A DNA stretch of 64,000 bases from Malacoraja senta. Taxonomy: Eukaryota. The translations under genes were made by a program, and so were the position numbers. The stretch is from positions 25,978,001-26,042,000 of the forward strand of contig CM075988.1 in assembly GCA_038087875.1 (NCBI GenBank), in the 5' to 3' direction. A model generated the notes under the pieces. That model was not told where the DNA came from and did no database searches. It worked only from the letters and a program-made list of their open reading frames with translations. This document shows, one piece after another, positions 37,801 through 49,800 of the stretch (within the stretch, counting starts at the first letter, position 1; every line of letters begins with the position of its first letter).

Positions 37801-40800
37801 CCCTCCGTAACTCCCTTGTCAATTCTTCCCTTCCCTCCCATACCACCCCCTCCCCTGGTACTTTCCCTTGCAACCGCAAGAGATGCAACACTTGTCCCTT
37901 CACCTCCCCCCTCTACTCCATTCAAGGACCCAAGCAGTCGTTCCAGGTGCGATAGAGGTTCACCTGCATCTCCTCCAACCTCATCTATTGCATTCGCTGC
38001 TCTAGATGCCAGCTGATCTACATCGGTGAGACCAAGCGGAAGCTTGGCGATCGTTTCGCCGAACACCTCCGGTCGGTCCGCAATAACCAACCTGAACTCC
38101 CGGTGGCTCAGCACTTCAACTCCCCCTCCCATTCCATATCTGACCTCTCTGTCCTGGGTCTCCTCCATGGCCACAGCGAGCAACACCGTAAATTGGAGGA
38201 AATGCACCTCATATTCCGCTTGGGCAGTCTACATCCTGGGGGCTTGAACATTGAATTCTCCCAATTCTGCTAGCCCTTGCTGTCCCCTCCCCTTCATCAC
38301 CATCTGGTTGTCTCCTCCCCTCCCCCAGCCCTCGGGCTCCTCCTCCGCCTTTTTCCTTTTTTCCTTTCTTCTCCCCACCCCCTATCAGTCTGAGGAAGGG
38401 TTTCGGCCCGAAACGTTACCTATTTCCTTCGCTCCATAGATGCTGCTGCACCCGCTGAGTTTCTCCAGCATTTTTGTGTACCTATTCTCTGATCCTATTT
38501 GCTGCTACATTATAACATTTGAACTGCTATTCGCATTGGAGAGGAAAGGTCTGACTTCATTTTATCTGTTAATCTCAGTGGCCTTTATAGTAGTTTGTAC
38601 ACCAGAATATCTAACTAAGATGTGGATCTTGTAATCACGGTGAATACGACTTTCTGCTTAATTCATGCTATTGTAGTGGTGATGTGTTTACCTCAGATCC
38701 AGGATATGCTCTGCAAATTCTCCTGCATGGATTTGGATTCAGAACCTAAGCAGACTCACCAACTGCAATCCTGTGGGAGTACTATACTGTCAAGAGTCAC
38801 TGCTTTGTGCATGAGATGTGGAAATGGTGTTCTGTTTATACATAGGTGGATGTATAGGATGCCAGAGCACTGTTTTGAGGGAGATCTACAGTGTAATTCC
38901 CCAGTCAATATTTATCTCCCTGTCATCATCACTAAAATAGATTATATGTTTATCGATGGGAGATATGTTTGTTATCTCCTTATTAATTGAGAAAACTTTT
39001 GTTCTGTGTGAATTGTTCCTTGTTCCTTACAATGCACCAATGACCACCATAACAGGTTTTTATTAGCAATAAAATGCTTTAGCACTTTGTGCAAGTGCTG
39101 TATCTGTGCAGGTACTTATTTTGTTTCATGTGTGCTGTTTGCTCATTTGTTCTCTGTTACAATTATTTTGCAGTTTATTTACTGTCAGGTTTGCTGTGAG
39201 CCCTTCCACCTCTTCTGCCTGGAGGAGAGTGAGCGCCCCCTGGAGGAGCAGTGGGAGAACTGGTGTTGTCGGCGCTGCAAGTTCTGCCATGTCTGTTGCC
39301 GACAGAATAAATCTTCAAAGGTAACGGTATCAGATAATGAGCTACCTTTGAATATTTCCGATGAGTCATTGCGGTAACACTAGTGCAACATTTGTGCGGG
39401 CGTAATCCGGAATTTAAGATTGCCTACAAGATTAATTTTGAGTGGTGTATCCCTAGAAAGATTTTCATTGCCTGCTCTAGTGGTACCAGACTTTTATTCC
39501 TTTCCTATTCCCTCCACTTTGTACGCTATAGAGACCTGTAGGAAGAAACTGCAGATGCTGGTTTACACTGAAGATAGACATAAAATGTTGGAGTAACTCA
39601 GCGAGACAGGCAGCATCTCTGGAGAGAAGGAATGGGTGATGTTTGGGGTCGAGACCCTTCTTCAGACTGAAAGTCACAGTAAAGGGAAACGAGAGTCCCT
39701 TTCCCGTGACTTTCGGTCTGAAGGAGGGTCTCGACCCGAAACGTCATCCTTTCCTTCTTTCTAGAGATGCTCCCTGTCCCGCTGAGTTACTCTCGGATTT
39801 TGTGTCTATCTACATTATAAGAATACAGAAATGGAATAAGTGCATCTTGAGGTGGGTTAAAGTTTTATTTTAAAAACATAGTAAGAATAAATTAACTCTA
39901 ACTCAGACTTATTAGGATATTCTGCCTTCTCAAATTTGTCAACGACTCCTCCCACAAGAAAAATCATCAGTTTCTTTCAGTATCAGTTATTTCTGTCAAA
40001 GAACATATTATAAAAAGGTATGTATATTCTCCCATTTTAAGTTAAGCTGTTATCTTCACCCTTCTACATGTTCCTGTTTGTGAACATTAGCTGTGGTAAA
40101 TGACCTGTCTTCATTCCATGCTGTTGCTACTGAGGGACAAGAGATGCCAAAGACCAGTGAGGCTCAGCTGAAATCAGGAGATATTGTGTGTAATAGGACA
40201 GATGACTCACCTGTTACTTGAACTGTCATAACATCTGTTTGGAGAGAATGTGTCTTATCTTGATTGACCATTGCATAAATGCACTATCTATCTAGTATCA
40301 ATATGTTATTCAGATAAAGATAGTCCATTTAAATTTCCTTTTGATTAGTTTTTGCTTGGCTAGTTTTTGCAAGAGTTCTGGTGCTTCCCCGTACAATAGT
40401 CAGTTTGGAATTTACATTTAAAACCTCAGCTTGTCTTTGTTTTTACAAGCTGATGAACTGTAACCAGCAGTTGTTTTAAATTATTTCTGACTGTGTTAAT
40501 GAGGATGGAGGTAGGTTGCAAGTGGAGCTGAATAATGCTGAATTTCCCCAAGGAAGAGAGGAGTTCTGAATAATTTGTTTCTTGTGCTGAATCATGAGAA
40601 AAGTAAAACATCAATTCTTAAAACATTTATTTTAACACAGCAGCTTCTTGAGTGTGGCAAGTGCAGAAACAGCTATCATCCAGAGTGCCTGGGACCCAAC
40701 TACCCAACAAAACCAACTAAGAAAAAGAAAGTCTGGGTAAATTTTGTTAATTCGCGCAAAGTTGTGACTGTTGAACCATTTTTTTCCTTCATTATGTGGG

Positions 40801-43800
40801 CATATCTATTACCTGCCTCTATTTTAATGTAGAATTCACGCAGATAAAATAGATTGGGTGTTTGAAACATCTTTGTGCTGATCAAATTAACAATGCAATT
40901 AATTTATTAATGTGGTTATTCAATATGGAACACATAATACAGGATCAGCCCAAGCTCTCGGAGAGCAACATTTAATTGATGTGTGTTTAATACTTCAATT
41001 CAGGATTGAATTGACTCTTCCTCCTCAAACATCTGTAGGTACCCTTCCGCCCCTCCTCCACCACCCTCTGCTCATCAACTTCACCGACCCCCTCTGGGTT
41101 CCCTTGATCTCCCAACTGAACACAGGAAAATTAATAACCTCTCCAGCTTGGGTTTAAATTGGTATATTCATGTGCTCAGGATTTATTTAAAAATATATTT
41201 TTAAAAAGTCCAGAAATTTGAACTGAAAGCAAAAAAATGTTGTAAATACACAGCAATCTCTTCAGAATGTGAAAGATGAAGGCCAACATTTCAGTTTGGA
41301 TTCTTTATCAGAACAAATTGTTTATCCTTTAGATGTCACTATTTTCTAGTCCGCTTCTATCTCTTTTAGTTGGTGATCTTTTTCTCCTCTTATTTTCTGT
41401 TTTAATTTGACATCACCTTAATGTTTTCTAATAAAGATCTCCTCCGCTGTAGATATGCACCAAATGTGTACGTTGTAAAAGTTGTGGAGCGACAACACCA
41501 GGGAAAGGCTGGGAAGCACAGTGGTCACATGATTTTTCTTTATGTCACGAATGTGCAAAACTTTTTGATAAAGGTAAGTGTGTGTATTTTGGCCATCAAT
41601 CTGTCATTCCTGGACACCAGTTGTAATGCAGCAATTTAATTAATGTAATTTTCAAGCAAAGAAATACAGATTTCTAGTAAAGCTTTGCCCACAACAAGTT
41701 AGATTATGAGAATCATGGTTGTCATTTGTACTGTTAAGGAAAATAGAAAATTTGATTTTCAAGTGAAAGGGACTTTACAATTATGGAAAAACATGATGTT
41801 TGGCAGAAGACATGAGTGTAGAAACTGGGGGTGCTGATTTACTGAAAAAGACACAAAGTGCTGGAGTAACTGCAGAACATGGGTAGGTGACATTTCAGGT
41901 CGGGACATTCCCAACCTGAAACGTCATCTATCCTTATTCTCTAGAGAATGAGTATTCTCTGGAGATGAAGAGACATGCAGAGTTACTCCAGCATTTTGTG
42001 TCTTTTACAGCTGTATTTTTTTATTTTTTTTTAAGAAAACCTATTAGTAAATATTTGCTGGGGTTGTGTGAGGGGTCTTGTACATCACAAAATTACTTTA
42101 GCTTTCAATATATGTTTGTGTGTTATACAAACTTGCATGTTATAGATGTAAAACAATATTATTAAAAGCCAAATAGAGAAAGAAGAATGCTGAAGTTGTC
42201 GTGCAAACTAAACAGCAATCCCTGGATGATCTATAATTGGAAATCTCTTCACATGGCTTTGATTTAACTTTCAAGTTTCTACCTAGTAAAAGACCAGCTT
42301 GTCTGGAGGAACCTCCACAAACAGCACCAGTAACTTGTACAGCCTTGACACTTGAACGCTTTCTTTCTTGATTTTGAATCATTTTCCGGGTTAGGTTTAG
42401 GGGGCTCCGATTGTCCTGCTGACCCTTGCACTCCTCACAAGGAGCGGGAGAGATGCCAGGCCATTTCATAGCAGGATAATCCTGATTCTGTCGTGGACCA
42501 TGCATGAACGATAAGGTGATGGGAAATGAGATGAGAGCTAACTTGGGAGACAGATCTCTGTGGTTTGATTGGTGGGGACAGCTGCTTAATGCCTACATCA
42601 CGTCATCAAATTTGGGATGCATTTGTTGACCCTTTAAAAATTGAAATCAGTTTGTCACTACTGTCGTATTCACTGATTAAATTGTGTGATTACCACGTCA
42701 CTGTTGAGAGACAACATTCATCAGTTGGTATGCTCTGCCAAGGAGCACATAAACACATCTAGCTTGAATCAGCTGAAACCCAAGAAAAGATAAAACCGGT
42801 TTAACCATATTCATGAGTCCCTTTGTTTTCTGGTGACAGAATAAGTCCATTTCTGATTTAATTAAATCCACTTGGGCGAATTTTGGTCTGTGATTCTCTT
42901 CTATTTGTTCATGAATCCATTTAAAAAGCTATTTTTGTTTTCCTCAGTGCATTGTTGGTTGGTGGTGTAACCTAGCAGCTGCCTGATTAGCCTCCATTAT
43001 GTATGCTTGATGTTATTATGTGAATCAAAATGCATTGAGCAATAAAATGCAAACACGTTTTTATAAAATTATGACCAGGCGTGTGTCAGCAGTGTTGTGC
43101 GTTGTCAAGAGTACTGGAAGGATACATGGTACATTGATAGTCATTTCCTGTTTATTTTTAGGAAACTTTTGTCCACTGTGTGACAAGTGCTATGATGATG
43201 ATGATTATGAAAGCAAGATGATGCAGTGTGGAAAGTGTGATCGTTGGGTTCATGCAAAGTGTGAAAGCTTGTCAGGTATTTGGAAGCGCAGACTTTGTAT
43301 TCTGGATGAAAACTGACAGCCCATTTAAAAGGATACAATTGCTGGTTGATGTGTTTTTGCTTTGTTTAGATTTAATTTGTTTCGAGCTCTCAGTGCGAAG
43401 TATAAATGCAGAATGCTTTCTATAACAGTAGCTTATCAAGTTCACGTTTAGTTTTTCATGTAACCATTTCTGGCCAAATGTTGTTGGAATCCCTAATTTT
43501 TTTTTTCGTGCTAGAGTAATTCAGCGGGTCAGACAGCATCTCTGGAGAGCATGGACAGGTGACATTTTGGGTATGAGTCCTCCCTCAGACTCTTCTGAAA
43601 GACGATCCTCACCTGAAAGGTCACCTATTCATGTCCTCCAGAAATGCTGCCCAACCCACTGAGTATTTCAGCACTTTGTGTCCTTTTGTGTAAACCAACA
43701 TCTGTAGTTTCTTGTTTCTGTCCCAATAATTTGGATAGTTAATTAAAATCATTCGTATCTTCGTATAGGAACAGAGAGAATCGTGCATCATTAAGTTAAG

Positions 43801-46800
43801 CTTCAGTTAGTCATTGTTAAGCTGCCCATCCATGTAAGAAATTGCCTACCGTAAGAAGATGCATACTGTATAATTGGCAGATAGAAACATAGAAAATAGG
43901 TGCAGGAGTAGGCCATTCGGCCCTTCGAGCCTGCACCGCCATTCAATATGATCATGGCTGATCATCCAACTCAGTATCCTATACCTGCTTTCTCTCCATA
44001 CCCCCTGATCCGTTTAGCCACAAGGGCCACATCTAACTCCCTCTTAAATATAGCCAATGAACTGGCCTCAACTACATTCTGTGGCAGAGAATTCCAGAGA
44101 TTCACCACTCTCTGTATAAAAAATGTTTTTCTCATCTCAGTCCTAAAAGATTTCCCCTTTATCCTTAAACTGTGACCCCTTGTTCTGGACTTCCCCAACA
44201 TCAGGAACAATCTTCCTGCATCTAGCCTGTCCAACCCCTTAAGAATTTTGTAAGTGTCTATAAGATCCCCCCTCAATCTTCTAAATTCCAGTGAGTGCAA
44301 GCCGAGTCTATGCAGTCTTTCCTCATATGAAAGTCCTGACATCCCAGGAATCACTGGTGAACCTTCTCTGTACTCCCTCTATGGCAAGAATGTCCTTCCT
44401 CAGATTAGGAGACCAAAACTGTACGCAATACTCCAGGTGTGGTCTCACCAAGACCCTGTACAACTGCAGTAGAACCTCCCTGCTCCTATACTCAAATCCT
44501 TTTGCTATGAATGCTAACATACCATTTGCTTTCTTCACTGCCTGCTGCACCTGCATGCCCACTTTCAATGACTGGTGTACCATGACACCCAGGTCTCGTT
44601 GCATCTCCCCTTTTCCTAATTGGCCACCATTCAGGTAATAGTCTACTTTCCTGTTTTTGCCACCAAAGTGGATAACCTCACATTTATCCACATTATACTG
44701 CATATGCCATGCATTTGCCCACACCCAGCCTATCCAAGTCATCTTGCAGCCTCCTAGCACCCTCCTCACAGCTAACACTGCCCCCCAGCTTCGTGTCATC
44801 CGCAAACTTGGAGATGTTGCATTCAATTCCCTCGTCCAAATCATTAATATTATTGTAAATAGCTGGGGTCCCAGCACTGAGCCTTGTGGTACCCCACTAG
44901 TCGCTGCCTGCCATTCTGAAAAGGACGCGTTTACTCCTACTCTTTGCTTCCTGTCTGCCAGCCAGTTCTCTATCCACATCAATACTGAACCGTTCAGTTA
45001 CACGTTTGGAGAGATGGCAGTGATCAGCTTTGAACTTGTTTCAAATGTAATCTATTTTATCCAGCTTGCTCTCTTCTGTAGGAGGGCTCTATTTTTCCAC
45101 TTCCTCTCCTGCCCACCAACACTGTATCTAAAACAAAACCAATTTAAAGGAGTGGCATAAGTTTGATTGTCTAGCTGATTGCTCATTTATGATTGGCTGG
45201 AATCTGCTCAATTCAGATGACAGGAAGTTACCGCGTCCCTTTTGTTTAGTGCAACATGTATCTTCATTAGTGCTTTGCACCCTTTACTGTGCACAGTTTT
45301 CTCCATTCATAAATATTCCTCATATATTGATGATAAAATTATACAGAATCTGTTCTATTAAAATCAGAAAAGTGTCTTGCTATGCATGACAATTTTTACC
45401 ATTGATTTTATCTTCATCCAGATGAGATGTATGAAATCTTGTCAAATCTTCCAGAAAGTGTGGCATACACATGCATAAATTGCACGGAGCAACACCCTGC
45501 AGAATGGAGGCTGGCATTAGGCAAGGAGCTGCAAATCTCTTTAAAGCAAGTCTTGACTGCATTGCTAAACTCTAGAACAACCAGTCACTTGTTGCGATAT
45601 AGGCAGGTAAGTCTAAGCTGCTCATTCATCACAATGTCAAAGAAATCATTAGCAAAAGCATATTAATAATTTCACCTGTGGTTTTCATGCATTGATTGCT
45701 GTTATCGATTCATGTTATTAAGCTTGGTTTTTACGTAATCAGAAATGAATCAAACCGATAACTCTGGAAGAAGGCTTTTAGCCTTGAAGTATATTGGAAC
45801 CTTTGAGTTTTGGCTTGATTTGATGAATGCTGTTTCCATTTTCCATTCTTTTCCTTGGTCGGGAGAGAATGCAAGTGAAACAATGGTCTTTCTGGGTCTG
45901 TTTTGATGCCCATCTTTTAAAGCGTGAGATAGCCTGAGGATATGCTTAGGACAGGACCATACATCTAGGTTGTGCTGGTTAAGGCATTACCATTTTGATG
46001 AAATTAAATCCTCGAGGTTGTCTGATTAAATGGATAAAAATAATGATTTGGCATAATTTGAAGAGTTGGTTTATATTTGTGGGGAGGGGAGCAGTGGTTC
46101 TGATGCAGCTGGTGTATACTGCCTTGGCCAGCATTCTGTAATTAATTGCTCAGCGTTCATAGATATTTGTGAGACTTATTTATAACTTGGCTGCTATATT
46201 TAACTCCACTGCAACAGTCATGCACTTCAAAGAACAAACTTGTTAAATATGGATGCCCATCGATTCCCTGAGGGCAAGGAAATTAATAGTTTTATTGCTC
46301 TTTTGTGTATTCCTGTGAGAAATTACTTTCATTCCAATGGATTCCTGATGGAGATCAGGAATTTTCAATATTGTATTATGGATACAGTGTCAAAACACTT
46401 CATCACTGAACACTTTCAAATTTATGAAATGCTGCATGCCGAAGAGAATATCTAGTAGTATTAACAATGATAGGAACTGTAAAGTTGAAGGCAAAGAAAT
46501 TCATTGCCCACAAAGGTACAGCATTAGGAAGCAAAGGAAAACCATGTTTGGTTGTGGACTCATCACTAAGAAATCATTGGTGTCTAAGGTGTTGGATGCT
46601 GCTGAATTGGCCTTGCTCTAAGTGCAAAGAGCACCAAATGAGATGAGTAAATTGGGGAAGGGGCCAATTTGTGGGGTTCATGAAGGTTAAAGGCCAATGG
46701 TTTGGTAAGATTATTGATTGGACAGTGGTCTGAGGGTGGGTTGAATGCTGGTGAACCTTGAGTAAGGTGTCTCTGATTATGCTGGCAAATCAAGAGGCTG

Positions 46801-49800
46801 TTGTTGGGGGAGGGGTGTGGGTGAGGTTTGATTATCAGGGCCTGGAGGTATGACATTGTGTGTTTACCAAAAGGAATTAATTAATTATGATTCATGACAT
46901 AACTCCAAAGTTATATTTCCTGAGTAGCATAAATCAACCAGAAACATTCACAATTGCATTCCTCTCTGGGGAAATATCAATTTTTACACATCCGTCTCAG
47001 AAAAGAAAACAGCCGTGCCTGATTGAACTTTAAGGCCTTGTTTGTTGTAAGAGACTAATTTCATTTCAATTTTTATCTTGAAATTCAATGAAGGAGGACT
47101 TTTTTAAAAAGCTAAGCTGCTGGTAGCGATATATAATTTGCAGAAATTGCACAAAAGATGTGCTCTCCATAACAATATATGTGAATGAGAATCTCTGGAG
47201 GAGCATTGTAAAATAAACACATATTTGAGATTGTCCTGTCTTTGTTTACATGTTATGTTATTCGGATATCAACATTTGATTTGGATTATAAAATAGTGAG
47301 AAACTTTTTTTTCTTTGTCAAGCAAACCACAGTTCTGGCTCGGATTTGTTCTGTTCATACCTTTCATTCATTTGTTCTTTGCACCTTTACATACCTCTAG
47401 TTTCCCTCTCCCCTGACTCAGTCTGAAGAAGGGTCTCGACCCAAAATGTCACCTACTGCTTTTCTCCAGAGATGCTGCCTGACATGCTGAGTTACTCCAG
47501 CATTTTGTGTCTATCTTTGATGTAAACCAGCATTTGCAGCTCCTTCCTCCAAAGTTGATAATGCGATTTGAAGTTTTCACAACATAGAAATTGAGATGGT
47601 GTGTAAGTGATGTGAAAGATTTTCCAGCTGAATTCCATTTGCTGTCTTTTTAACCAGGCTGCTAAACCACCTGATTTAAATCCAGAGACAGAAGAAGCTG
47701 TCTCTGTTAGAAGTTCACCTGAAGGTCCTGATCCTCCCGTTCTTACGGAAGTAAATCAGCAAGATGAGCAACCTCTCGATCTGGAAGGTGTGAAGAGGAA
47801 GATGGAACAGGAGAGATATAATTCGGTGGTAAGGTTGCCATTAAATTACTTGCCTAGAATTAATAGAAATACACTTTGATTAATTTGTCTGCATTGGGCC
47901 CATATCGCCTCTAAACCTTTCCTTTCCACCCATATCTATCTAGACCGGTCCTATCCCTAAGAAAAATGTAAGACTATTCCATGTTCTGCATCTTATGTTC
48001 TCCATGATATGAATCAAGGTCCTCTCACTAAAGTATGCTATCTGTTGCCAAACACTTTGGTGGCTGATTATCTCCCTATTCTGTGTTCAGCTCGAGTTCA
48101 GCGATGACATTGTGAAGATCATCCAAACAGCGATGAACTGCGATGGTGGGCAGCCTGAAAACAAAAAAGCCAATAGCATGGTCAAGGCTTTCTTTATACG
48201 GGTAAGAGGGAAAAAAGAGCAATTGCTCTGGGATTTTCAGTGTCTATTTTATATCAATACAAAATAATGGTGCAATATTAAAGTGTTAAGATGCAATCGT
48301 GCTGCAAACATTCTGTCTTCAGTACAGAGAGTCAGGTTAATCATAGCAACCTAGATGTTGTTTCTCTTGCTGAATGATCAAATGTTCATCTTAGATCTAA
48401 TGTTCTTGGTCGGAATATTTCAGCAGTGTTTTGAAATAATTCTGTTCCAGAGATCCACTTAAGTTTTCTTTTAAGTTTTAAAATTGTAGTGTTAATGTTG
48501 TGATCAGGTTTTTTTTATCTTTGTATCTCCTCTCATGCTCATCCTTTCAATGTGACCCAACTCCTGAATCCCTAGACTGCATTTCCACTAAAATGCTGAC
48601 CAACTAGCTTCCCTTCCTGGCCTCATGGATTCCTCTCTGCAGGTACTGTTTCCTCACTTTGAAATGTATTGTCATCGGCCTCTCAGAAATAAGTTCCTCT
48701 ACTCCTCTCACCACCACCCTGCTTTTCCCCTTCCCCTCCCTCTCGCCCCTCAATCTTTGACAATTAATTTTTGGAGGATAAAGGAAAGAGAAGTGATGTT
48801 TCTCAGTTTATTTTTGTTTCTTTCTCATAGTTTGAGCTCTTCAGGTGTCCAGGCCTGCCATAGGTTTTTAACATTATAATAATTAATTTCTGTATTTTCA
48901 TCCCTTGTATCCTCTGAAGCTGACTTCTCAACTTCTGCAGTCAATAACTTAATTTATTTTTAGCTACTGAGTTATAACTTTCACGTATACTTTTGTCTTT
49001 CAAATTCCCAAGAACTATCCTTTACCTTTCCTCTTTCTTGCCTAGATGCTGATTATTAGCAATAGCTTGTAAAGATGTGTTTCGTAGTCTAAAGTCCAAC
49101 AATACTTCCCACCATCCATTAACAAAGTAGAATGATTGCACTTGGTTGGTTCCCATTCCATGACCTTAAATGTTCATTCCCTCCACCACAGGTGGACAAT
49201 GGCGACAGTTTGTACTAATTGAAAAAGGCATCGGGCATCACCTGAATGTTCCTCTCCCCATTGCACATCATCTTGAAAATACATTGCTGTTCCTTTATTA
49301 TTGCTATCTCATTGGAACCCTCCACCGACCAGCAAGTGGCAGTTACTTCATCCAAAGGATCCAGTGGTTCAAATTGGCAGGTCATGCCCAGAATGAGAAA
49401 AATAGATAAATTCCATATTCCCACAAAAAAAAGACATAGAGTAACTCAATGGGTTATCTATCCATGTTCTCCAAAGATGTTGCCTGACCTGCTGAGTTAC
49501 TCCAACACCTTGTCCTTTTTTGGAAATCAGCATCTGTAGTTCCTTATTTCTTCATGTTACTGCAATTAAGTTTATGCTTTGTGTTTTTGCTTGAACTTCA
49601 ATGATCAGAAGTGAACAACAGTTTATTTGGTTATCCAATTGATAAGATGTCAGCTTGCTGGAATAGATGGTCTTTCCCAATTCTTACAGTATTCACATCT
49701 GATGAGAAAAATATCAATTGTTTGAAAGTAAACCTTTTGATAAAGCAAAAGTGTTACCAAAGAGTGCATAAAAATATTGACTTCATTATTTGCAGACTTT

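Noticed and set aside
42280-42400. Cryptic extra exon in intron 13
   Set aside because: The phase-1 frame after ctacctag hits a stop within about 15 codons, there is no convincing donor, and exons 13 and 14 already join in frame.
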